Below are positions 10,592 through 19,262 of a DNA stretch of 64,000 nt, piece after piece (position 1 is the stretch's first letter; each line of letters starts with the position of its first letter). This stretch comes from an uncultured Acidobacteriota bacterium (GTDB lineage: Bacteria > Acidobacteriota > Thermoanaerobaculia > Multivoradales > JAHEKO01): NCBI GenBank assembly GCA_963713825.1, contig CAVQNG010000005.1, positions 352,001-416,000 on the forward strand. Direction: 5' to 3'. The translations under genes were made by a program, and so were the position numbers. Under the pieces are notes generated by a model, which was given only the letters and a program-made list of their open reading frames with translations, was not told the DNA's origin and did not search any database.

Positions 10592-11779
10592 TCAGCGTCC
10601 AGGAAGTTTTTTGGCCAATCGCAGGTACTCTTCAACTACGGCGTTGTTCACTTTTCGGGAGTCAAACTTGGCGATGGCCCGCTCCTGAGCTCGAGCACCC
10701 AGGCGGAGTCGTAGCTCTGGTTGGTCGATGAGCCTTTGAAGTGCTGCAGCTAGCGCACCGGTTGTTCTGGGGGGCACCAAGAGGCCGGTTACATCGTTCA
10801 CCACAGCGTCGGAAAGGCCGGTGATTTCAGTCGCGACAGTCGGCAATCCCATGGCAGCAGCTTCTATCACGGCGGTCCCAAACCCCTCTCTGTAGCTGGG
10901 TAGACAGAGAATGTCAGATGCGCCCAGATATCGCTCGGGACTAGGTGAGAACCCGGTGCAGTGTATGCGGATGTGGCCTTCGATAGTCGACAGTGTGCTT
11001 GGTGGCAGGGGATCCAAGGCAGGCTCCAGTGGCCCTACAAGGAGCAAGTGCAAGAGACGATGGCCCTCCGCTAGTCCCTGAAACGCTTCCACGAGTTCAA
11101 CCAGTCCCTTGTCGCGGGTCAGACGGCCGACGAAGACAATTAGGAGCGCTTCCTGAGAGATGCCGAGTTCTTCTCGGACTTGCCTTCGAGAGTCCTCTCT
11201 ACTGCCGGAAGAGCCGAAGCGCTGCAGATTGACCCCGCTGATTGACCCCTGTGCCAAAACAGAAATCTTCCTGGGCTTCACAACGCCGTCATTTATAAGG
11301 AAGTCTCTTTGAGATGAACTGTCGGCATAGGTTTGTGTCGATAGAGACCCAATGAGACGATCGCAGCCCTTCAGCCCTAGCCTGGCTACTCCCGATAGAG
11401 TTTGCCAGCGTTGCCCTGTGAAAGTGTGGAGGCGGATTGGGATCCTGGAAAACACTCCGGCCAATGCAGAGAGCAGACCCGCTTTGGGTGTTGATGAATG
11501 AACAATGTCGAAGTGTCCGTCTCTCAAGACTCGCGTCAGCCTGGCAAGTGACCTGATGTCTTTGACTGGAGCAGGTTCTCGATTCATGGGGACCGAGCAG
11601 AACGGCACGTTTAGTTCTGACGCCACGCGAGATAGCCCCTTCCCATCGCCTGACACAAGAGTGACTTCAATCCCACTGTCTCGAATCGCGGCTACTTGGT
11701 CTAGAAGCAACGCCCTGAATGTGAAAGGCGAGCTGGCTACTCTTGCCAGGCGCAAAGGTCTGATCGCGTTTTGGTTCAT
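10592..11779 (-). CDS. GT4-family glycosyltransferase (CapM/PglA-like)
   Basis: DIVHSSTPKAGLL, FVGRLTRDKG, LPSYREGFG..IEAAAMGLP. Confidence 0.9.
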   Translation of the reverse strand: MNQNAIRPLRLARVASSPFTFRALLLDQVAAIRDSGIEVTLVSGDGKGLSRVASELNVPFCSVPMNREPAPVKDIRSLARLTRVLRDGHFDIVHSSTPKAGLLSALAGVFSRIPIRLHTFTGQRWQTLSGVARLGLKGCDRLIGSLSTQTYADSSSQRDFLINDGVVKPRKISVLAQGSISGVNLQRFGSSGSREDSRRQVREELGISQEALLIVFVGRLTRDKGLVELVEAFQGLAEGHRLLHLLLVGPLEPALDPLPPSTLSTIEGHIRIHCTGFSPSPERYLGASDILCLPSYREGFGTAVIEAAAMGLPTVATEITGLSDAVVNDVTGLLVPPRTTGALAAALQRLIDQPELRLRLGARAQERAIAKFDSRKVNNAVVEEYLRLAKKLPGR

Positions 11780-12037
11780 CGTAGAAGGCTGGGATCAGAC
11801 TTGCTTTCGGTCACATTTGCTACCAGCTGGTTGGAGTCTTGTCGAGGTGAGGTAGTAGAGTCGTGTTTCGAACGTTCTAGTGAGAGTATCAACTGCCGAC
11901 TCGAGTCAGATTGATTGACAATTGAGTCTCGATCGTACTCTAGCCTGGATCGGTCTTCTTCTCGATCCGTTACTCTCTTGAAGGGGTTTCGTGCCACTAG
12001 ATCAGCATCGGGAGTGTGATATCGGGAGCTCAGTGAC

Positions 12038-12664
12038 GTGAATTCCAGAGGTTTGTACGTGAGACTGGGAAAGAGGGCTTTGGACTTGAGTCTGACGTTG
12101 TTGGCGGCCCCTATTTGGATTCCTCTAGTAGTCATTCTGAGTGTCCTGATTCGGCTGACTCTCGGTTCACCGGTCTTCTTCCGGCAAATGCGGCCAGGTT
12201 TCCGGGGCGGCAAGTTCGAGATTCTCAAATTGCGGACAATGAAGGAGAGTCCTGACGTAGACGGAGAAATGATCGCGGATCAGAATCGAATGACTCGGTT
12301 TGGGAGATTGTTGCGAGGCACCTCTCTTGACGAGCTTCCTGAGCTGATCAATGTCCTGAAAGGTGAGATGAGCCTGGTAGGGCCAAGGCCTTTGCTGATG
12401 CAGTATCTAGACCGCTATACCACACGGCAGGCGCGGCGCCATGAGGTCCTCGCGGGAATCACGGGTTGGGCGCAAGTCAATGGTCGTAACGCGATAACTT
12501 GGGAAGAGAAGTTCGAGTTCGACATTTGGTACGTTGACAATATGAGCCTCTGGCTGGATCTGAAGATTCTCGGGATGACGGTCTGGAAGGTTCTGAAGGG
12601 AGAAGGGTTGAGCGCGGCGGGACACGCCACGATGCCAGAGTTCATGGGGACCCCTGATGAGTGA
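12038..12664 (+). CDS. pglC: Initiating undecaprenyl-phosphate sugar phosphotransferase (PglC/EpsL-like)
   Basis: KRALDL, F.Q.RPG, KLRTM, SLDELPELINVLKGEMSLVGPRP, GITGWAQVNGRN, D.WYV. Confidence 0.9.
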   Translation: MNSRGLYVRLGKRALDLSLTLLAAPIWIPLVVILSVLIRLTLGSPVFFRQMRPGFRGGKFEILKLRTMKESPDVDGEMIADQNRMTRFGRLLRGTSLDELPELINVLKGEMSLVGPRPLLMQYLDRYTTRQARRHEVLAGITGWAQVNGRNAITWEEKFEFDIWYVDNMSLWLDLKILGMTVWKVLKGEGLSAAGHATMPEFMGTPDE

Positions 12665-13280
12665 GTCGGTAGTAGTTATCGGAGCGGGTGGGCATGCGAA
12701 GGTTGTCCTGGCAACCCTGGAGGCACTGGGGACTGAGGTGACCGGGATCTTCGACGACAGCGCGGATCTTTGGGGAACGCAGCTTCTGGGCCACGAAGTC
12801 AAAGGCCCGGTCCAAGAGGCGCAGAGCTACGGGGCGCCGGGCATTCTGGCCATTGGCTCGAACCGCCAGCGGCAGAAACTTGCGGAGGAGCTGTCGCTCG
12901 AGTGGGTGTCAGCCATCCACCCCTCCGCTTTGGTCCACGAAACTGTGGAGGTTGGGCCTGGCTCCGTCATCTTCGCTGGAGCGATAGTCCAGCCCGAGAC
13001 GGTCATTGGTGATCACGTCATCGTCAATACGGGCGCGAGGATCGACCACGACTGCCGGATCGGCTCGTTCGCGCATATTGCTCCAGGAGCGTCCTTGGCT
13101 GGGACGGTGGCGATCGGCCAGGGAGCCCTAATGGGTATTGGGAGTTGCGCGATTCCCGGAGTGACAATCGGCGATTGGTCTGTCGTAGGGGCAGGCGCTG
13201 CCGCTGTAAGTGACCTCGATTCGCAGGTCACTGCCACCGGAGTACCCGCGAAGTCGGCTGCGGGAGACCTCTCTTCATGA
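12657..13280 (+). CDS. pglD: Sugar acetyltransferase (PglD/NeuD family, left-handed beta-helix)
   Basis: IGAGGHAKVV, AIGSN..R, IHPSA, NTGARIDHDC and hexapeptide repeats. Confidence 0.85.
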   Translation: MSESVVVIGAGGHAKVVLATLEALGTEVTGIFDDSADLWGTQLLGHEVKGPVQEAQSYGAPGILAIGSNRQRQKLAEELSLEWVSAIHPSALVHETVEVGPGSVIFAGAIVQPETVIGDHVIVNTGARIDHDCRIGSFAHIAPGASLAGTVAIGQGALMGIGSCAIPGVTIGDWSVVGAGAAAVSDLDSQVTATGVPAKSAAGDLSS

Positions 13281-14401
13281 GCCGGGTCTTTCTTTCACCA
13301 CCTCACTTGGGTGAGTCCGAGTTGGAACTCGTCAAGGGTGTTTTTGCGAGCAACTGGATTGCTCCAGTAGGTCCTGACGTGGAGGCCTTCGAGCGGGAGT
13401 TCGCGGAGACGGTAGGCGTGGGCAGTGCTGCGGCACTGTCCTCGGGAACGGCGGCGCTGCACCTCGCGCTGAAGCTCCTCGGTGTCGGGACAGGAGATCT
13501 GGTGATCTGCTCGAATCTGACCTTTGCCGCCACTGCCTTCGCAATTCACTACGTCGGGGCAGAGCCGGTATTCGTGGATTGCGACTCTTCGACTTGGAAC
13601 ATGGATCCCGGCCTTCTTGGCGAGGCTTTGGAGACCCTGGCTGGTGAGGGGACGCTTCCCAAGGCTGCGATCGTCGTGGACCTCTACGGTCAGAGTGCTG
13701 ATTGGGAGCCGATTCAGGAAGCCTGCGCCAGATTCGGTGTTCCGATTGTCGAAGATGCCGCGGAAGCTCTGGGCGCCACTTATGGAGACACTCCTCTGGG
13801 TCGTTTCGGCCAATTCGGTGTCTTCTCATTCAACGGCAACAAGATCATCACGACATCGGGTGGTGGGATGTTGGTGTCCGACGATAAGTCGGCCATCGTG
13901 AAGGCTCGCAAGTTGGCCAGCCAGGCGAGGGAGGATGCGCCACACTACGAGCACACGGAGATCGGCTACAACTACCGATTGTCCAATGTCCTGGCGGCCA
14001 TCGGGCGAGGCCAACTTCGAGTACTGGAAGACCGAGTGGCTGCGCGTCGGCGGATTTTCGACTGGTATCAGGAATTTCTTGGAGATCTGCCCGGGGTGCG
14101 ATTCATGCCCGAAGCAGAGTATGGGCGAAGCACTCGGTGGCTCACCTGCCTGACCGTCGATCCTCGCGACTTTGGGGCCGCCCGGGAGGAGATTCGCTTG
14201 GCTCTCGAGATCGACGACATCGAAGCTCGTCCCGTATGGAAGCCGATGCACATGCAACCGGTCTTTCAAGGAGCTCGAATCTTCGGCGGGTCTGTTGCGG
14301 AAGAGCTCTTTGAAAAAGGGCTTTGTCTACCGTCGGGGTCAGCGATGACGAAAAGCGAAGTTGAGCGTGTCTCGAAAATCGTCCGCGGTTGCAGTGTCTA
14401 A
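13277..14401 (+). CDS. pglE: DegT/DnrJ/EryC1/StrS aminotransferase (PglE/EpsN-like)
   Basis: SSGTAALHLAL, EDAAEALG, FSFNGNKIITTSGGG (PLP Lys), GYNYRLSN, RPVWKPMH. Confidence 0.9.
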   Translation: MSRVFLSPPHLGESELELVKGVFASNWIAPVGPDVEAFEREFAETVGVGSAAALSSGTAALHLALKLLGVGTGDLVICSNLTFAATAFAIHYVGAEPVFVDCDSSTWNMDPGLLGEALETLAGEGTLPKAAIVVDLYGQSADWEPIQEACARFGVPIVEDAAEALGATYGDTPLGRFGQFGVFSFNGNKIITTSGGGMLVSDDKSAIVKARKLASQAREDAPHYEHTEIGYNYRLSNVLAAIGRGQLRVLEDRVAARRRIFDWYQEFLGDLPGVRFMPEAEYGRSTRWLTCLTVDPRDFGAAREEIRLALEIDDIEARPVWKPMHMQPVFQGARIFGGSVAEELFEKGLCLPSGSAMTKSEVERVSKIVRGCSV

Positions 14402-14419
14402 CTGAGGGCCCGGCAATCG

Positions 14420-15631
14420 GTGCGGCAAGGACTCCGCTTCTCCCCACCTTCAATTGATGTACCCGCGGAAGTCGATTGGCTTCTTCTACGGGCTCTTGGG
14501 CGTGAGTTCACTGCCTGGGATGAAACGGGGACTCTCGATCCCAAGGGACTTTCCGAACTTGCGGGGGCAGTCGGACTACTTGGCCGAGTACGAGCTCGTT
14601 GGCCTCGTGAGAAGCTGGTTCCCGAGCTGGGTGCCGGCTTGTTGGAAGAGGCAGACAGGGCTATTCACCGGATTGCGGCGAACGAGCTGCTTCAAGAAAG
14701 GGTGTCCTCACAGATTGCCGGCATGGCCAGCGAAGAGGGAGAACCCTCCATCTTCCTGAAAGGCCTGGCGCTCCGATTGGGAGGCCATTCGATTGCGGGA
14801 GCTCGCCAAGCAAGTGACATCGATGTGTTGGTACCGCGTGACGCTGCCGAGTCTCTGTCTCGGACTCTCATCCAGGAGGGGAGCACCAAGCTCGAAATCC
14901 AGCCGCAAGAGCATCACCTTCCGCCGTTGGACCATCCGCTGGGAGCGGTAGTGGAGATTCATGTGGACCTTCGAGGGGTCAATCTGGAGGGGAGAGGAGC
15001 AGCCACAGCCGAAGAGTGCATCAGCTCAGGCCAATGCCGAGCTCTCGAAGGGTGGCCCGAGGGGACCTACATTCCGGATTCGAGCCTTTTGATGGCCCAC
15101 CTACTTGTACATGGCCTCGGACAACACGGTTTCTCACCGGGGGCATACCCATTGATACAACTCTTGGCTGACCTGCAGGATTTGGGCTTCACCGGCGAGC
15201 AGGGTGAGCGATTCATGGAGGAAGGTCTCCTCTGGATCCAGAATGAAGTCTCTCAAGAGGAAGTGGCAGGGACCAGAGATCTGTTGCGCCAGCTGGAAGA
15301 GGGCGAGAGGGCTTCCGAGATCGTGGTTAGGGACGTTGCCGCCGCCTTGATTCTCAAGCACATGTTGGCTGGATCGATGGATGCCGAGTATCGACAGTCT
15401 CTGAAGCTCTCTGCTGTTACCCGACCTTCGATCGCGCGTCCGGGTCTGACGGGTCTTCTTCGCAACATGAGTAGTGCGATCTTCTTGACGAGAGGTCAGA
15501 TCGACGTGATCTACGGACAGCCACAGACCGAGGTTGGCTATCTCGCTAGAAGGCTGTGGCGCCCCTTCGATCTCGTGGGCCGAACCCTCAAGACCTTGCA
15601 GGCCAAGAAGAAGCTTCGATTCCGCGAATAG
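14420..15631 (+). CDS. Nucleotidyltransferase family protein (NTP_transf_5; PadeN/PsmN-like)
   Basis: IFLKGLAL...GARQASDIDVLV (LKG...R...DxD) and VVEIH, followed by a helical LLVH region. Confidence 0.75.
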   Translation: MRQGLRFSPPSIDVPAEVDWLLLRALGREFTAWDETGTLDPKGLSELAGAVGLLGRVRARWPREKLVPELGAGLLEEADRAIHRIAANELLQERVSSQIAGMASEEGEPSIFLKGLALRLGGHSIAGARQASDIDVLVPRDAAESLSRTLIQEGSTKLEIQPQEHHLPPLDHPLGAVVEIHVDLRGVNLEGRGAATAEECISSGQCRALEGWPEGTYIPDSSLLMAHLLVHGLGQHGFSPGAYPLIQLLADLQDLGFTGEQGERFMEEGLLWIQNEVSQEEVAGTRDLLRQLEEGERASEIVVRDVAAALILKHMLAGSMDAEYRQSLKLSAVTRPSIARPGLTGLLRNMSSAIFLTRGQIDVIYGQPQTEVGYLARRLWRPFDLVGRTLKTLQAKKKLRFRE

Positions 15632-15679
15632 GTGGGGGAGATCGACCCTCTGCTGTAGTAGGGTTCCAGGGACCGTGCC

Positions 15680-17614
15680 ATGAACGAATCGAACGGTGAG
15701 ACGCCCCGATCGCAGCCATCCTCGCCCTTGATCGGTGAGGAGCAGGGGCGTCGGAATCAGTTTTGGTCGCGTTTCTTCTCTCGCCAGGCCCAGTTCGTCC
15801 TCGACATCTCTGTCCTTTGCATAGCCTTCGTCATCGCCTATCTGCTGCGGTTCGAGTTTCAGCTCGACACTTCCCAACTGCAGCGACTGCTGGCCCAGCT
15901 GCCGCTGGTGGTGCTAATTCAGATTGGTGCACTGGTTCTGGCCGGTGTCTACAGCTTCATCTGGCGCTACGTTGGATTGGCCGAGATGGCTTCGTTCGTG
16001 AGAGCGGCCCTCTGGTCGGGATTGATTCTCTTGGTCGGGCGGTTGGCCTTGCCATCGTCTCTCCAGATCTGGCGAGTACCTCTTTCCATCATCCTGATGA
16101 GCACGTTCTTCGGATTTGCCGGAGTCGTGACGATTCGGGTGCTCCGTCGGATCCTCTTCGAGCGCTTCGAGCAGAAACGTCGACCGGTGGAGCCGTACAA
16201 GCGCAAACAGATCTTGATGGTCGGTGCTGGCAGAGCAGGTGTTCTGGCAGCCCGCGAGATTCGCGGCCGGGGCGATATGGATGTGTGGATCAAGGGTTTC
16301 GTCGACGATGATCCACGTAAGCAGGGGGCTGTCATCCAAGGCAAGAAGGTCCTTGGGACGACGGACGATCTCCCTGAAATATGCCGATCCACGGACATCG
16401 ACCACGTCATCATCACGATTGCCCAGATCTCCAGAGAGGAGCTACGGAGGATCGTGGCGATCTGTGAGGAGATTCCCCTCAGGACTCGCATCATCCCGGG
16501 GCTCTACGAGATTCTCGAAGGGCGAGTCGGGATCACGAGATTTCGGGACATCGAGATCGAAGATCTCCTGGGCCGGGCAACCGTGCAACTGGAGCAGGAA
16601 GCGGTAGAACCGTTCATCAAGAACAAGACGGTGCTGGTGACCGGGGCGGGAGGCTCGATCGGAGCCGAGCTGTCGAAGCAGATCGCCCGGTTCGGACCCG
16701 CCAACCTCATTCTCCTGGAGCGAGCGGAGTTCGCTCTGTTTCAGATCGATCGGGAGCTCTCCATTGATTGGCCCCAGCTGAGCATTCAGCCCGTGGTGGC
16801 AGACATCTGTGACCGCAATCGGGTACGACAGATCTTCGACCGTTGGAAGCCTGAAGTGGTCTTCCATGCTGCCGCTCACAAACATGTTCCACTGACCGAA
16901 TCCAATCCTTGCGAGGCGGTGAAATCCAACACCCTGGGGACATGGATCGTGGGCGAGGTCGCGGGAGAGTTCGGCTGCGAGGCAATGGTTGTGGTGTCCA
17001 CGGACAAAGCCGTCCGTCCGACGTCGGTAATGGGAGCGACGAAGAGAGTCGCAGAGCTTGCGGTGCAAGAGCTCGACGCGCGCAATGGCACTCGTTATGT
17101 GGCTGTGCGCTTCGGCAATGTGCTGGGTTCTACGGGGTCGGTCATTCCGATCTTTCGCGAGCAGATCGAGGCGGGTGGGCCGGTGACCGTGACGCATCCC
17201 GAGATGGTGCGCTACTTCATGACCATCCCGGAGGCGGCTCAGCTGGTGTTGCAGGCTGGCGCGATGGGTGAGGGAGGCGAGATCTTCATCCTCGATATGG
17301 GAGAGCCCGTGCGAATCCTCGACCTGGCCCGGGACATGATCACGCTCAATGGCCTGGTGCCGGACGAGGACATCGAGATCGAGATCACGGGAATGCGGCC
17401 GGGTGAGAAGCTCTTCGAGGAGCTTCAGACCGACGCCGAGTCGATCGCCAAGACGCGGCATCCGAAGATCTTCATCGGGAACATCAACTCCTATCCTTCG
17501 GAGCAGATCCTTGGAGCGCTGGACCGGCTGCGTGACTTGTCTGCGGGCGGCGAAGAGGCTGAAGTTCGATCGTTCCTGAACGAGTTTCTGTCCGAGGCGA
17601 AGCTCACCATCTAG
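15680..17614 (+). CDS. pglF: Membrane-bound UDP-GlcNAc 4,6-dehydratase (PglF/CapD/WbpM)
   Basis: Four N-terminal TMs; GAGRAG, IEDLLGR, VTGAGGSIGAEL, HAAAHKHVP, STDKAV, MGATKR, VRFGNVLGSTGSV, RPGEKLFEEL. Confidence 0.92.
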   Translation: MNESNGETPRSQPSSPLIGEEQGRRNQFWSRFFSRQAQFVLDISVLCIAFVIAYLLRFEFQLDTSQLQRLLAQLPLVVLIQIGALVLAGVYSFIWRYVGLAEMASFVRAALWSGLILLVGRLALPSSLQIWRVPLSIILMSTFFGFAGVVTIRVLRRILFERFEQKRRPVEPYKRKQILMVGAGRAGVLAAREIRGRGDMDVWIKGFVDDDPRKQGAVIQGKKVLGTTDDLPEICRSTDIDHVIITIAQISREELRRIVAICEEIPLRTRIIPGLYEILEGRVGITRFRDIEIEDLLGRATVQLEQEAVEPFIKNKTVLVTGAGGSIGAELSKQIARFGPANLILLERAEFALFQIDRELSIDWPQLSIQPVVADICDRNRVRQIFDRWKPEVVFHAAAHKHVPLTESNPCEAVKSNTLGTWIVGEVAGEFGCEAMVVVSTDKAVRPTSVMGATKRVAELAVQELDARNGTRYVAVRFGNVLGSTGSVIPIFREQIEAGGPVTVTHPEMVRYFMTIPEAAQLVLQAGAMGEGGEIFILDMGEPVRILDLARDMITLNGLVPDEDIEIEITGMRPGEKLFEELQTDAESIAKTRHPKIFIGNINSYPSEQILGALDRLRDLSAGGEEAEVRSFLNEFLSEAKLTI

Positions 17615-17637
17615 TTCGCAAGGTCGAGTCCCCCAAC

Positions 17638-18066
17638 CTATTTCGATAGCAGGGGCAGGAAGCGCTCCCCGATGGCCTCCGGCTCGTTCATGGGCTTGCC
17701 GGTCAGCTCGAGCCAGGCGTGGGCCTCCAAATCGCCCCCCTGTTTCTGGACGCCGATCTTGAGCTCAGCCTCGACGCCGCGCTTGCGGAGCATTCTTTGC
17801 CGTGTCAGTGAGCGCTCGAGGCACTGCATGCGCCACAAATGATTGTTGGCTGCCGCATCGACGCACCAAGCGAGGCGAGAGTAGTCCTCTCGAGTCGCTT
17901 CCTCTGTCTGTGGTGTCTCGATGACAGGTACCCGAGCCCACGTCTCGACGGCAGGGAACGGTCGTGTTCGCAGCGCCACGCGGAACCCCAGCAGGAGTAT
18001 CCAGGCTTCCACCAGCCAGCGTCTCTCAGCCCAGGTCAGACCAAGGATCTGCTCAGTCTTGCTCAT
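17638..18066 (-). CDS. Lasso peptide leader peptidase (B2 protein, transglutaminase-like)
   Basis: 142 aa; QCLERS (catalytic Cys), LKIGV, EAHAWLE (catalytic His); coupled to a PqqD gene. Confidence 0.9.
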   Translation of the reverse strand: MSKTEQILGLTWAERRWLVEAWILLLGFRVALRTRPFPAVETWARVPVIETPQTEEATREDYSRLAWCVDAAANNHLWRMQCLERSLTRQRMLRKRGVEAELKIGVQKQGGDLEAHAWLELTGKPMNEPEAIGERFLPLLSK

Positions 18067-18325
18067 GCACGATCTCGAGGAGGCCCTGGTCGCAGAGCTC
18101 CTGCGTCAGTGATTGGAGGTCTCGCTGGAGTCGAGCACCGTCTACCTCGAACTCGTCCAGGAGGTCGAAGGCGGCTTGTTCCAGCGTCCCGTGCTTTTCC
18201 AGGGCCAGCCACATGCGTGTGCCGACGTCGTCGAGGCCAAAATAGAAGCCGGTGGAGAGGTTCAGAAGAACAGTCTCGTTCTCCAACTCTCGAAAGACGA
18301 CCTGTTCTGGTACTTTGACTCGCAC
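18053..18325 (-). CDS. RiPP recognition element (PqqD family, lasso B1)
   Basis: 90 aa; ETVLLNLSTGFYFGLDDVGTRMW...EFEVD...DL..L...GLL. GTG start with GGAGA upstream. Confidence 0.9.
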   Translation of the reverse strand: MRVKVPEQVVFRELENETVLLNLSTGFYFGLDDVGTRMWLALEKHGTLEQAAFDLLDEFEVDGARLQRDLQSLTQELCDQGLLEIVHEQD

Positions 18326-18421
18326 TGCATTCTCCGTGATCGGGTGGCGGCTTCCCGGGTAGGATAGCAGCGCATGCTGACAACATGCGGAGGACTATCG
18401 ACAGTACCGAGGTTTTGAATC

Positions 18422-19240
18422 GTGACGACAGAAGGCAAGAAGAAGGAAGTGGGAACGTGGTGGGTATCCGGCTTGCGTGTCGCTAGCGATCGCCCGCTGA
18501 TCGAAGTCGAACCGAGCAGTGACCAAGACGTGGATCTGCAAGTGCTGTTTCGGGCTGATCCGGGGAGCGAGGTCGATGTCGGAGTGCTTTCCTCGGCCGA
18601 CAGCTCAGGCGACTGGTTCAAGTTGATGGATAAGGACGCAGCGCTGGCGTGGATCCGCGCTGACGGGCGATTGGCCCTGGTCGCGGAGGGCGAGGCGTTG
18701 GTCCGCGGTTTCGATGCATTGGTTCGACGGGTCGTGCCTTTCGCAGCTGCTTTGCAGGACCGGGTTGTACTCCACGCCTCGTCGGTCCTTGCTGATGACG
18801 GTGTGCATGCGTTTATCGGTGCCAGTGGCGCTGGCAAGTCGAGCCTCGCGGAGTGCCTGGGCGATCAGGGGTTCCCCGTTCTGTCGGATGATCTGTTGCT
18901 GTGCCTACCGACCGATACCGGGATCGTGATCCCGCGCCCAGGGCAGGATGAAGACGACGAGTCGGGGCCCGCACTCGCCGCCGTCTATTTCGTCGAGCGT
19001 GAGGTGGCGCTCGACAAGATCGATCTCCAGGAGATGGCTGAGGAGGAGTGTTTCAAAGGTCTGCTGCAGCACGGTTTCGGAGAGTTGAGTGTTCCGAAGA
19101 TCTGGGCAGCCCAGTTCGAGCTCTACTCGATCATCTCGGAGCAGTGCAAAGCCTACCGGCTGCGGCTCCCCGATTCTCTGGGACGGCTCGCAGAGTCCGC
19201 TGAGACCTTGGCTCGAGGCTGGAGCCCGGTCCAAGATTGA
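18422..19240 (+). CDS. HPr-kinase-related kinase (PadeK/PsmK-like lasso tailoring kinase)
   Basis: VVLHAS...IGASGAGKSS (Walker A)...VLSDD is the HprK-like His / P-loop / DD signature. Confidence 0.8.
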   Translation: MTTEGKKKEVGTWWVSGLRVASDRPLIEVEPSSDQDVDLQVLFRADPGSEVDVGVLSSADSSGDWFKLMDKDAALAWIRADGRLALVAEGEALVRGFDALVRRVVPFAAALQDRVVLHASSVLADDGVHAFIGASGAGKSSLAECLGDQGFPVLSDDLLLCLPTDTGIVIPRPGQDEDDESGPALAAVYFVEREVALDKIDLQEMAEEECFKGLLQHGFGELSVPKIWAAQFELYSIISEQCKAYRLRLPDSLGRLAESAETLARGWSPVQD

Positions 19241-19262
19241 CCCCTTCGCCAACCCAGCCGAC

